A program made the translations under genes and the position numbers. A DNA stretch of 64,000 nucleotides, from positions 21,638,001 to 21,702,000 of the forward strand of contig OZ038379.1 of assembly GCA_964036045.1 (NCBI GenBank). The letters run 5' to 3'. The notes under the pieces were generated by a model that was given only the letters and a program-made list of their open reading frames with translations, had not been told where the DNA came from and searched no databases. Shown in pieces: positions 12,001 to 24,551 of this stretch (its first letter is position 1; each line of letters starts with the position of its first letter). This DNA comes from Eutreptiella sp. 'Long Island Sound 2002'. Taxonomy: Eukaryota > Protista > Euglenida.

Positions 12001-15000
12001 GGAAATGCAATTGGTACAAATCACACAGCCGCGCGCGCATATGACGTCACCGGACCGGCAGTGCGCTTGACCGCGAATGCAACACATCCAGACCAAAAAA
12101 TACCGTCGTCTGGTGTGACTTGCTTCAGTCACCTCCGCTTTGTTAACCAAACTTTCGCATCGGAATTCACACCAGATGAACCCTTCATCCTGGACATCCT
12201 CAACACATCACAATGCTCAATGACACAACCCATCATGTACACCTCTTGACCGTAGTCCGCCACCTTCGCTCTCGTGCCATTTCACATCAAAATGGACAAC
12301 AAGAGCTGCATACCATCATGCCGCCCCTTGCTGGATCCCCAAAATCCTTACCCCTCCGGCCCCCCACACGTGTCGTGCAAAAGAATGATTTCGCGATCTT
12401 GTATTCATGAGCCTAAAAACATTGCCCATCACTTCAACGAATGGATGCAATAGCGAAAAATCGTAAAGCTGCACATAAGCGGCCATCCATCCCTCTGTCC
12501 ATGTGTCTTGTGTGATTTTGTCCGCCCAGTCTTTCGTTCCGTCTGGCTTTGTGCAAACACCCTTTCCTCTGTTGGGCCATCGGTCCATCCATTCATATTT
12601 CTGTCGGTTCACTGCTCTTCTCCAATCGAATCAGGGGTTGAGCGGGGAGAAATGGGATTTGGTGTTTCAACATGATGCCTAAGCCTAGCATCATCTCACG
12701 AGGGCTGTAATTTGCCTATGCAAATAAGCATATGCAAGTATTCCTCACGTATGTGTCGCGTCTTGATGCGTATGCGCATAGCGGAAACGTACTTTGTACT
12801 CCACATGTATGCACAGTTTCTACAGATTATACTCTGGGAAACGGACCTGTGCACCCTTTTTTCTGAGGGGGCACTTGAGCCCCATTGTCTCTTTGCGTCT
12901 ACAACATGTGCAGAGTGTCTACTACATGTACACGTTGTACCGCACCCATGCACAGTGTCTACGTAAATGTGTATGTGCACAGGGTCTACAAATCACGCAG
13001 TGTCTACAAATTGTGCACAGTGTCTAAATATCAGAGCATCGGGTAAACGGAAGTATGCACCCTTTTTTAAGGGGGGCGCTTTGCGCCCCATCCTTGATAT
13101 TGTCTCTTCACGTCTACAACATGCGCATGGTGTCTAGGAGGAGGAGGAGGAGATGCGGTCCCCCGGTCTGCCCGCGACCGAGGGGGGGGTCTCTGTCCCG
13201 ACCCGTCCGGCTAAGCATCATGGCGGCGGCTCTCCTCTTCGTCTCCTCCTCTTGTCCCCTGGCCCGCACAACGCGCACGCCCTGCCGCCTTACACGTTGC
13301 TGGAACCCCCCAGGGGCATGGTGCGGGGGGGTGAGGCAGAGCGCCAACTCCACTTCAGGCACGGCCCGCCACCCCCCCTCGGGGAGAGGTACGCAGTCTC
13401 ACGGGTGTGGGCCCTTAGCCCGCCAGGTACTACCGACTGGGTGGCGTTTGGCCGGCAAGCCTCGGGGGCTTGGTCCGTAGCCTGATCCCCCCCCCCCCGC
13501 TGTCGCACAGCACTCCTGCCAGAGGTGTCCGTGCATGGACCTGTACCCTCGGACCCCTGCGGCCCTGCCCCCGGGAGCAGACCTGGGGCGTGGTGTGCCG
13601 TTGGGTTTATCGAGAGGGTCGAAGGGCGAGCCCCAATAGTTGGTACGTGACTCGCGGTTGGTAACCGGCCATACACAACGTGGCCAGTAGCATATCCCGT
13701 AGCCGGCGCACTAGCCGGCGGTCATGGGGCTCCCTTGTCTCGTACAACCCCATGTAGCGGAGTGGCGGCCCATAGGTGATGAGCCAAACCAACCGCCGCG
13801 CTGGGAGGCCGCCCGGCCCGTCAATGATGACCACCTGCGCCCCGCGGACCTTCCGGGGCCAACGCCCCGCGGCCCTGGGCAACGGCCGGTCCGAGTACCA
13901 AAAGCCCAGCTGGGACCCGCCCCAGTCTGGGGGTGGTTGCTGCCCCGGGGGCATGACGGCCGAAAGCTACCCGCGCTCGCAGATGGGCTACAGCAAGCTC
14001 GCCCCAGGCCAAAATCCGGCCATGGCTGGTCGGCTCCCCCACTTATAGGAGGTCGGTCAAACCGCTTTGGGACCCGGATCGCCAGATCCCACGTGTGCCC
14101 GTCGTCGTCTCGGTAGTAGACCTCTCTGGCCGCCGGGATGATGGGCATCTCGCGCTTGCGATCCAGAGCATCCCAACAGTTTACCACGAGGGCGAGCACG
14201 CGCTGCGCGGCCCCCACCACCAGCCCCCGGTCATACAAATACCCCAGATCCCCAGCTTCCCAATCGCCGAAAGGGTCTAGGTATATGGTACAGACCCCTG
14301 GCCCGGGATGAGGGTCATCGTCATCCGGCGAGCCCACGCTGAGGGCAAAGGCATCCGGACCATACAGGACTATGACACCCCATGCAGATACCGCGCGCCG
14401 CTTCCAGCGCGCGCATAAAGTGTCCAGGCGCATGTGCAATTGGGTATGCACGGCCAGCCGGAACAAATGTCGCCATGGGCAAGTAGAGACCCAATGCCGG
14501 GTCCCCACCTCTCTTTGGCAAGCGGGGCAGGGGCGGGTGTCCCCCGCATGTCCCTCACGCCCTCACGCCGCGCCATCGTGCGGAGGTGGGCTCCCCAACG
14601 GATCAGACCACGTTCCGTGACGGCGTGGTATACCCACAAGGAGTTGCGCGCTGCCTGCTCTGGGGCCTCCGTGTGGAGACCCCACAAGCGGCGGGCCGTG
14701 GTTTGCCCCAAACGGTCCAGGTTGTGCACCTGGATGGTGTTATGGGTGAAGCAAACCCGGGGCGTCTGGAGCCCCTGGACCCAGCCCATCCCAGGCTGAG
14801 CCTTCGCGGCCTGTCTCTTGGCTACGTCGTCGGCGGTGTCCAGCGGGGAGTCCAGAAAGGTGCCAACGCAGTGAGAGTACAGGTGTTGGGGGACACCGAA
14901 CCCCCCGGCTAGTAACCCCCGGCAGGCACGTAGCAGGTCGTCGGAGAGCGGCGAGGACCCCGGGTTACGGGATTGGACCGCGTCCATTTACCCCTTGAGG

Positions 15001-18000
15001 ACCACTGTTGGCCCCGGGTGCCCCAGACCACGCGGTGAGCCCCGTGCGCCCGCAGCACTTCCCACGCGACGTACAACTCCGCCTGGTAAGACCCATCCAC
15101 GTGCACCGGGATGGGTATGCAGTATGGCTGGCGCCACCCCATCTCCGGATCTGCCACCACCAAGCCTCCACCAGCCGTGTGGTTGGGGTACCAGGAGGCG
15201 TCCTGCACCAAAACTGCTTCGTCCGGGATATCCCGCAAAGCAATGCCCTAAGGGATTTGCTCCCGGGCCCACTGCACGTGCCACGGCCACGGGGGGAGAG
15301 TCTCCGGCCCACGAAAACGTGAGGGCCACCCCAATCTGTGGGTGGATGCCCAATCCCGGTATCCGGCCGCCAGGGCCGCGTGGGCGTCGTCCGCCTCGCT
15401 GACGGTGCCCGCCACTCCTAGGGGGTGCTTGGGCACCTCCACATGATGGCTCTCCAAGACGGCCCAGACCCGGATGTCCGTAAGCCATGTATACCGGAGG
15501 AACCGATCATGGTCCGTGGGGTGGCAGTCACAATCCGCCAAGCCCCGTAGTACGCACGGCATGTCTGGGCTAAACCGCCAGAGGGCGCACATGAGCCCCC
15601 ACCTGGCGAGGCGCGGGTGAGGGGGTTCAGCTGGTGGGCGTAGTTGAGCACGAACGTGGTCAACATGTGGGGCCCTAGAGGCAATATGCCCGTGAGACCC
15701 GCCTGCACTGGCCCTAGCAGGCATGTGCACATTGTGTACACCACCTATGCACAGTGTCTACAAACTATACTTGAGTAAACGTGTGTGTACACAGTGTCCA
15801 CAAACTGTGCACAGTGTCGACAAACTGTGCACAGTGTCTACATGTATGCACAGTGCCTACAGACTATACTTGGGTGAACTTACATGTGCACAGTGTCTAC
15901 ATGTATGCACAGTGCCTACAGACTATACTTGGGTGAACTTACATGTGCACAGTGTCTACAAGTTGTGCAAGAGGTGTATCACAGCTTGAGATTTGCTTGC
16001 ACAGGACTGATTTGTGGTCTCTGCAAGTGGCTGTTGGGCGAGGTCGTCGAGAGGAAGTTTCCAACCCATGTGAGCTGCAAGCTGTGTGTAGTGTCTGTAC
16101 ATATGCACCAGTACGCATATACACAGACTCCCTATATGGACATGCCTTCAGTACATGTGTATGCGCATACGCATGAATACGCGTATTCATGATCCGCGTA
16201 CGCGAATACACGTATGCATGAATACGCGTATTTATGCGCAACGTACATATCCGCAACTCGCAGATACCAAGGGGCTGCAGCGTGAGGACCGGAGGATTGA
16301 TCAGGTACAGCGACTGGCGGGCAGATGGGGTGGAGGGGATGTGGGAGGCGCAGCGCCGAGGATCAGTGCCCACAGATGGTACCTTCGCCATGGAGCAGCA
16401 TGCAAGGAAAACCTGATCAGCAGCACAGAATTGTAAAGACTGACAAGCAGAACACTTGCTGCCTCACGACTGCTAATCACTTGGTTATGTGTCCAGATGG
16501 CATGACCCAACCGAGCACCAAGTTGAGCTGCTCGGGTCTGGTTACAACAAAGCACGTTGAGCACACACCTTCAGTCTGATCGAGATCATCAAAAAAGAAT
16601 CCACCACCTTCTCCCGGAGGTCCAAAATCCAAGTTACCTGAAAAGTGGCACAAGTGGGCCAGGCAGCGTGGATGGCTACAATACGGGCTGTGCGGTGAGT
16701 CCCCGGGCCCCAACAGTCGCATGGATATCTCTTGACTGGGGTTGATCTTGTCGCCCATTCCCTTGACCCCCAGCAGTCCTCTTGGCTGCCCTGGACTTCC
16801 ACTGCTCCTGATCGAGGCTGTCCTCGACGGTGACCAAAACGACCTCCCTTGTCCCTGGTCACCCCCCCCTCCCTCCCCCGGCGATCACTTCATGCTGTGG
16901 ATCACAGGACTCTGCACATTTTGCCCCAACCCAAAACTCGTTGCTTTGAGTGTTGTTGTGACGCGGGATGGCCATCAGGGGTGGCACCATGTCGGGTTGG
17001 GCCACATCTTCGTCGCGCGTTCAAGTCCAAGCCTGCCAAAGCACAGACATCGACATGTCGCTGGGATCGGAACTACGGCCCGGTGGATGATTGGCACTTC
17101 TGAGTGGAAGTGGAACAGAATTTCTACTCGCAGTGATGCTGCAGGTAGCTTGACGCGGCCCCGCCCCTAAAAAACAATACCTGATGAGTTCCCCCTGTCT
17201 GCGCTTCGGCAAATGCGAGGCCCCGGATGTTTGCCTTGGAATGCATCCAAAACGTGGATTTCATCCACCATTTGCCCCTTGTGAATTCCGAATGCGGCAC
17301 CCCGCAAAAACGATCGGCCTCCGTTTCTATCCCAAAGCGATGAAATGGAGGCTCGGCAATCATATTACTCTTCCCAAGAAAATAACAAAGTACCGGGTTC
17401 GGAAACGCAGTACGGGCAGATCGGTTGGGATGGGAGTGCAGCGCTCGAATGAGCGCCCGCGTTCAAACCCCCCCCCTCCCCGCAAAAGGCTGAGGGAGGG
17501 CATCGACGGCAACGTTATCCTCCCACCGTCAGAGATGCACGGAAGAGGGCCCGAACCCTCAGGGGTGTAGCAGGAAATGGGGTGAGGGTGCCGTGGAGGG
17601 GCTGGAGGAGGGCTGCACAGGCCGGGGGTCACACACGGAATGCATACATTTCTGGAAGCAGCTTCCTCCACAATCCACACCCTTTTCATCACCGTTTCGT
17701 ATATCGTCATAACAAGTGGGATCTGAAGAAACACAAACAGGACACAAAACCGCCAGGCCCCTGGCCCCTGGACCCCGGCGGCCCCAAACGGGACCCTTAC
17801 TGGACCCTGGACGCCCCTGCCCCTAAGGACTCCGGCCTGCCCCTGAGATGTAGCGGTCTGCAAGAAGACGACGTAAGCACCCACTGCAAGTGCCATGGCC
17901 TGAGTGCATAGCGTCCGTAGGCTGTAGGCCAGACGGGGGTGCACAGCGGCACAACAGCACAGCGGGGGTGAGTTTGAGGGATACAGAGGTACCCCTCGGA

Positions 18001-21000
18001 GGGCGACGCCGACACTGGGAAGCTCGGGGCTCGGGGATTCAAGTGTTTGGGCCATTGCTCATCAATATGCGCCCACAATCACCAGCACTTGCCGCCGAGC
18101 AGCTGTGAACATTGTCTGGGACACTGCAACAGAATGGTTTGCCTGCACGATGCTTTGGCCCGGGCCCGGGAAGAATTATGGCTGCAATACAGCAATGCCC
18201 CTGCGTTGGTTGCGACCTATATCGGGATGGCGTGCAGAAACGAAGATGTGCCCCGTCGTTGTCGTCCCCAAACCATTCGGAACGCTCTGGCGCCACTCAA
18301 TCTGCTGGACAACGCTCAGCAGGTGTAGCTGCACCACAGTCAGTGGACCTGCGAGCAGCAAACATACCGCAACGGTCACAAAAAGGGCCGCCGCAATCGA
18401 CACCATTCTCCAAACCGTTCCAAATTCCGTCGGTGCAGCTGGGACCTGTGCGCAGAAGGTGCGCATGGAGCCAATGCACCCAAGACGCCAGACATGGAGC
18501 GATGCCGAAGGCGGTCACCTTGGTGCGGCAGTACCACTCGAATGCTGTCCCCTGTTTCCCGTGTTCAACTGTCTCTTGTTCACCCAACACGGACATACCC
18601 ATCACACTGGTGGTTCGAGTTATGCAGTGACTTGAGGCTCCGACAGGCCGGACCAGGTGATCATTGAATGCCAGGGTAGAGTAGGATGTTTCAGGGGGAA
18701 CAAGAGGATATATGCACCATCCTTGAGTGAGAGCCCCTACCTCTTGTCCGCCCTGCACGCCCATCCTCTGCGTATGGTTGATGAATACTCAATCTTACCA
18801 GGCCGATGATGGGCGGGTTCAATCTAATCCACACCCCCTGCCCCCTTGGTAGACCCCACCCGCCGGGGGAACTGTCACCAAATGACTCCCGGGGGAGGGG
18901 CATGCACTCGTACCTACACCGTACTTCTGTGTGCTGTTATTTCCTTGAGGCTTTTTGGGTGCTGGTTGTTTGGGGGAAATGTGCAAGTGATGGTGTCCCC
19001 TGTGCAGGTGGAGGAACTATTCCAGGGGGGGGGGTGATGTGCAACGGTGGATACATGTCGTTGGGCATCAGTATGAGAGTTCAAGGTGCCGGCCCCTGTA
19101 CCCTCGGCACACACCGTCTGGATTGACCAACATAATACTGCTCAGGTCGGGCGGTGGAATGCTGCGGGCGAGGTACAACTGATTGGCGATATGGGGAGCT
19201 TCCACGGCAGGTGGCTCATAGTTGATGGGGACCTTGATATCGACATGCACTCTTTTATTCCTGTGGAAAACCAGGAGAGCCTTGCTGACAGGCGCAAACC
19301 AGGCGCACGCGACAACAAAACACCAGACTAGACCGGTTCCTGCATGTGGCGTAGCCGAATCAAGGCGTAGTGCATGCCAACCTGTGCAATGATTCCATAA
19401 CGATTTGGTGGTTGCCCTGTGGTGCCGTGCCCAGTGCTGAGTCTGTTGCACGACCTGTTCCTTGGTCGAGGTCAGTTCTTGTGGCGGGGCACGTATGCGG
19501 TGTTGCTGAGAGTGAAATATTCATGATACTCATGATTGCAGCCGAGGGGGCCCCTCGCATGTGGCTATTTACCCCTTGGTGGGTGTGGGTCCATGGAACC
19601 CAATACGGCAGGCTCCCGGTTTGGAGACCTGAATACGGCAGCATCTGACTCCTAGATACGGTAGGGGGTCGTTAGCGATATGATTCTCCCTCTGCTTTGG
19701 GGATCTGGGTTCAGGGGGTTGCAGGCGTCCCCGGCAATGGGGACCCCATACCTCAGCGCCATTCTTGAATGCAGCCCTCTGGACATTGCTCGCAACTCCT
19801 AGGTTCTTATCGATGCTTACAGCAGCACGGATGGTTGGGGACTTATGGGTCTTCGCCTGCAAACTTTTTAAAGTTTCTTATTGATTTCATTGAAAAACAT
19901 GAAATTTCGGGCAGATTTTTGATGGGAGTTGTCTGATTATAATTCCCGCAGGTGGGTGAGCGGGTCACCGTTTCACTGGGGTTATGAGGAAATTTTCGCC
20001 CCCCACCCCCCCACCCCCTCTGGGCGAAAACGCAAGATTTTGGGGTGGTGCTGGGCATTCAGGATCGCCAGGATATCCTCACAGGACTATGGGCTGAGGG
20101 ACGGTGAATCGTTCTTCGTCTGCACCTCTGCTTCTTGGGGTGCGTGAGTGATGCAGCCAGTCAATACATGTAATGCACTTGTACAGCCCAGCCGGATGTC
20201 ACTGACACCCGAAAAAGTGGAAATGATATCTTGGAAAAGATCGTAAGCCTTATGCTGAGTTAAAAAATTCTCAGCCCCTGAAACCTTTTTTGGCCCCTTT
20301 GGCGCTTGATTTCACCATGGCTCCCTGATAATTTCGCCCCAGCAAGCCCCCGGCCGCACACCTTTGTCCCACATTTTTCTGCTGGTTGATGTACAGAGGG
20401 GGGAAGCACAGCCCATCTCAGCCAGGGAGGGCCAAAGCCTATGCCAGGGCATCTTTTTCCTGAGGTTTGGTGAAAGCACATGGGGGTGCCGATAACGATG
20501 TTGAAAATGCCTGTACAACAATGTGTTTTCCTTGTACAGGATGGTTCTGCCGGTCAGCATCTTTATCGTTGGCTATATACCGCACGCCCCCTGCTCCTCC
20601 TCGACATCCGCACCGGATCCGCCACCATGGGCGCTTGCAGGAGCAAGGTAGCAAATGCTTATTCTCTGCCCAATCACTGAGGACAGAGGGCGGCAAGTCC
20701 TTCCTTAGCGACAGGGGGGCGGACAGGAAAGCGGGGAAGCTGGACGTTCAGGCAAAGCCCCCCCCCCCCCCCCACGCACCAACCACCCACACAACAACTG
20801 TCAGTAGACACAACAGCAACGTTGCATCAAATAGACATGCACTCTGTCTTAGGTCTGTGCATCATGAGAGCGAGAGCAATCAAACATTATACCGTCCTCG
20901 GAGGAATGAGCACCACAGGCCTGCGCTGCGGGTTTCTGCCCTCCCACTCCCTTTCCTCTGCACTTGGCATGCTCCCCGTCCCCCAAGCCCCAGTCAGAGC

Positions 21001-22614
21001 GGGCTATCCGAACGGCAGCACGGCACTCATTATCAGATAGGGCCTCTGTGGAGCAAGCAGCTGCGTGAACTAGAAGCGTGCTTGCTCAACAGGTCCCAGC
21101 CAAACATGAAATGGGAAGGTGTCTCTTTGCTCAATGGATGCACACCAAAACGACAGAAAATTGACAGGCTTTGGGTGAGTGTTGTGAACTACTTGAATCT
21201 TCTCAAAATCTCTGGAAATGCCTTTGTGTGACAACTGTTGTTTGCTGTCAAAAGGTAACAAAGCACAAGGTAGAAGGCACAGATAAATCCTCCCCAGCCA
21301 GCAACCGCCAATCAACTCCCAGCATCCACCCACCAGCGGGGGGGGGGGGATTCTCAAGCCCCCCCCCCCGCCCACCACCACCACCGTGGGGCATCTACGG
21401 CACTCAGAAAAGGCTTGAAAGACATTGGGGCATGCGGGCAGGGGTTCCAAAGGGGGAGTGATTGCTGAACACAAACCCTCCCCATGACCTGTTCTGGATT
21501 TCTGGGGACGTGGGCCATACCCAGGTGGACCAAACTCCTCAGGTCCATACAGGACAACTATCTTCGAGGCGTCAACGTCCGGGTGGCCTGTCTTGCTTGA
21601 GAGTTGAGCGATCACAGCCTTGATGTCGGAAAGCGCTTGCAAAAACTGGGGCTGGTTCATTCGGAAGATAAATCCAAGCTCGAGATAAGCCGTGCCTACA
21701 CACCAAGGGGGCATGCCGAATCCAGCAGAAGGGCAGAGCGGTGGCTGATGGGAAGGCCGGCGGAAATAATGGTCACAAACCCCGCCTCCTCCCCGGAGGT
21801 GTGCGGTGGCGCTGCGCTGCAGATGCAGTGATTTGCTGTGGCAATCCTATGCGCAAGCGCTGATGTGCCGTAGCGGTGGGGGCATTTGGATGAGTGGCGG
21901 GACTGGGCCCAGTGGGTCGGCCAGGGGCCCCGGTGCCCCAGCCCCTTCATGCACGGTGTGGGATTGTGCGATTCTGCGGGTGAATGGGCGCCTGCATCCA
22001 CATCCGGTGCAAACTGTCGGTTGTCGCTCTACAACATCTCCCCCGCCCCCAACGAGACCCACGCACCTACGCCTTCCTCCAGAGCTACACTCTGCACGTG
22101 CCACACGTGCAGTTTTGCAGGTCTTGTTTATGAGGAATTGGGTCGTGAGGCGGCTGACATGGATCTGGCCAGGGGGTTCTTATTTAACGTTGAGTTCCCC
22201 GAAGGCAACTCCAGATCAAGAAATTGTTCTTCCGGTGCGTGGAGCTCGGTGCAATAGAACACACAGGCTACGATTTAGCGTTGCATCGTGGCTATGGTCG
22301 CCAGATTTGGGGAGCTGGGGTCAACATGTGGTCGCTAGTCGCACCAAACTACGCATCCAATACTGCTGACAATCGTTGATACCAATGCAAACCCTAACCC
22401 TTGCAAAGGAGACTTTGGGTTCGGTTGGGTGTGTCGGGAGCATCCAGCCCTGGCAACTGGAAATGGAATCAAACGCAATCTGGTTCTGTTGCCATGTCGC
22501 TGCCACCGACATAAACGCGGTGAGGAGGTGTCATACTGATGGGGCAAACGACACAATCCGTGCCTCCACAGTCAACCCCTGCCTCGTTTCCATTCTTCTC
22601 TCCATCATGGCAAC
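1463..22614 (-). CDS. Very large modular repeat protein, probably secreted or cell-surface (Cys-rich DCGG modules plus ~52-aa Gly-rich beta-type repeats); partial gene model
   Basis: Minus-strand AG/GT-bounded exons. Repeat region: 11486-11632, 10691-10906, 9704-9888, 8110-8265, 6801-7109, 6075-6383, 4591-4899, 1463-1525; phases join correctly; motif VxFGG..HKIxGKG..xGxMxF..GPLxMxGD. Cys modules: 22537-22614, 18368-18445, 17648-17722. Probable additional exons: 21521-21695, 19752-19856, 17181-17369, 12352-12600. Start and stop not found; the gene probably continues beyond both ends of this span (possible exon about 28830-29001). Confidence 0.75.
1987..3266 (-). mobile_element. Internally deleted hAT-type DNA transposon with CGGBP1-like zinc finger
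   Basis: TIRs CAGGGGGGGGGGAAAAATGCG / CGCATTTTCCCCCCCCCCCTG; flanking direct repeat CCCAGT; subterminal AAAATGCG arrays. Minus ORFs 2551-3114 (KRKEQFPG..LWCDACGCPVSHTTKSTVQCHLDSKKH; VISDEGSTVVAAAK) and 2179-2550 (VLNPRNL; LFLITIPTSS) are separated by one stop codon. Confidence 0.8.
3857..4209. mobile_element. MITE family A copy 1 (poly-G/poly-C ends)
   Basis: Ends G(n)GACTCCGCAGGTCCTAGGACGCCAACTACCCC and GGGGTAGTTGGTGTCCAGAACC..GTCGCCCCCCC; internal GGCC(T)(C/T)CGGCCAAC motif at both subtermini; second copy at 58431-58892. Confidence 0.7.
8973..9040. repeat. (CA)n microsatellite
   Basis: Direct reading. Confidence 0.95.
10956..11133. repeat. (GTGTG)n pentamer microsatellite, preceded by (GTGAC)n
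   Basis: About 35 perfect units in an intron of the minus-strand gene. Confidence 0.95.
12700..16260. repeat. TGCACAGTGTCTAC(A)-rich degenerate repeat element split by the non-LTR insertion
   Basis: The same motif family (tgcacagtgtctaca, ctacagactatacttggg) occurs at 12800-13135 and 15721-15960; ATGCGTATGCGCATA-type arrays in inverted orientation lie at both outer ends. Confidence 0.55.
13137..15720 (-). mobile_element. 5'-truncated non-LTR retrotransposon fragment with RNase H domain
   Basis: Frameshifted minus ORFs with RNase H motifs VQDASWYPNHTAGGGLVV...SYQAELYVAW and HLYSHCVG...DTADDVAKRQA. (CTC)n tract at the inferred 3' end. Inserted into a TGCACAGTGTCTAC-type repeat. Confidence 0.65.
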
Positions 22615-22986
22615 CTGCACAGAGACAGAGGTCGCGTGTGACACAGTTTCCCGTTGGTCTCAAGTTTCACACGGCACAGGGAAAGCGCCCCCCGCCCCCC
22701 ATGCACCGGCCTTTTGTTGTATCACGCAAACAAGCAGATGGGGGTGTCACGATGCCTCATGCTGCGGTGTTATGTGGTGTTGCGTTGTACAACAAAACAC
22801 ACACAACGCGGGCAGCACGAAGCAACGGGACACAACACCGTGCGTGTGTTTGTGCTGGGCAGGCATGCACGCAAACACACACGCGCTACACTCCCTCGCA
22901 GCCTTACCCTCGTGCGGCATGACAAAAGGCAACATACTTGGTCCAGCTTGGAAGAAAATGTAAGTTTCCCCTAGAAATGGAGGCGT

Positions 22987-24471
22987 GGACGCGTGCCACA
23001 CGGCGTCAACACAATTCACGTGGGTACAAAGCCGTTGCCGAGACAGGGCGTGTGCTATTTCCAAACAGAACCTCTTCCCTTGGGACCCTCCCACTGAGTC
23101 GCCTGTTGAGACGTTCTGCGAAGAGCGTTGTTCCCACATTGCATTCCAGAAACACCCGTCATGCACTACATGACGACACAACAAACTGGTTGCAAACGAG
23201 CGAATTCCAAACTTTTCTCACGATGAATATCAACAAGCGTACACCTGATGACGGACTCGGGCTTGCACCTGAGAACGCCGGACTCGGGCTTCCTCCTGCC
23301 GGACTCAGGCTATCTCGCGCCGGACTCGGGCTATCTCCTGAGATGGAAACATGCAGACACGCAGTGCACGCAGGTCACAAAAAATGAGTCTGCAGGGGAC
23401 AGCAGTCACCAGAAGACACCACCAAACCTTGGGTGCTACCAGTGTGGAATGTAACACACACCCAATGGGGGGCGAAGAGGCGCTCAGTTGGGAATGAATC
23501 CGGGTGCAGGAGGATTTTGGGAAATTTGAGCGCCCCCTACCACAAATGTGGGTTATCCCAGAGACATCCCCTACGGCACAGCCCATGGACATCCCCAATG
23601 GCGCAACACACTTCGGTGCTACATGGGCACACCAACATCATGGTTTGGGTGGGGATACACACCGCGGGTGTTGCGAAAATTAGCCACAAAACCAAAATTT
23701 GGATTTGGCCATGAAACATCGCCAATCACAACTTTGGATGGTTAAAATGACAACGCAAGGGGATGCCCCGTGAAAAGCAACTTTCCGACTGGGCAGTCCC
23801 GGTGCATGCCACGCCCTTCGAGAAGTGTGGGTTCTGTACACTTGTGTTCTCGTGTGCTTTTGGGTCAGCCCCATATGAGCATGTCACCATGGGGGACCCG
23901 AGCTGACTATTTCAAAATCCCTCTTTTCCCATGTTTTCGCCCCCCCAATTCCACCGAAATTGATTCCCGGTCGAAACGGAAACAGTTTCCCGCATAGGCT
24001 ATTACGTGTGCTCGTGTGTGTGTATGTGTATGTGTGTGTGTGTGTGTGTGTCAAATGCAATGCCAAAGGCAAAGAGGAAAGTGCTCAACACTGTCAAAAA
24101 CAAATAACCTGTTGGCAGTCAAAGCAACTCTTGAACAGTGACGTACAATGTCCAAAGCGTCCCAAAAACCGTTGGCAGGCAAACCGTCTTTATCAACAAG
24201 GGATTTTCACCTTGACCATCACAGACAAATGGCAAACCGAATCCTGTTTGTGTGTATGTGTGTGTGTGTCTGTGTGTGTGTCTGTGTGTGTGTCTGTGTG
24301 TGTGTATGGGTGTGGTGGGTGCGGTGGGTGCGGTGGGTGCGCGTCTGTGCGTGTGCGCGCACGTGTGGGGGGGGGGGGGGCAGGAACACCATATTGTAGA
24401 GGAAGGCCGACATGAGTCCATGGGTGTATGTGTGCGTGGCAGGGGGGGAGGCGCGGCCTGCGCGTGCGTGC

Positions 24472-24551
<80 letters not shown>

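Noticed and set aside
11995-12249. Plus-strand ORF resembling a glycoprotein fragment (NATHPDQ...NQTF...NTSQ)
   Set aside because: No splice-site support or partner exons on the plus strand; it probably overlaps unresolved minus-strand exons. Left uncalled.
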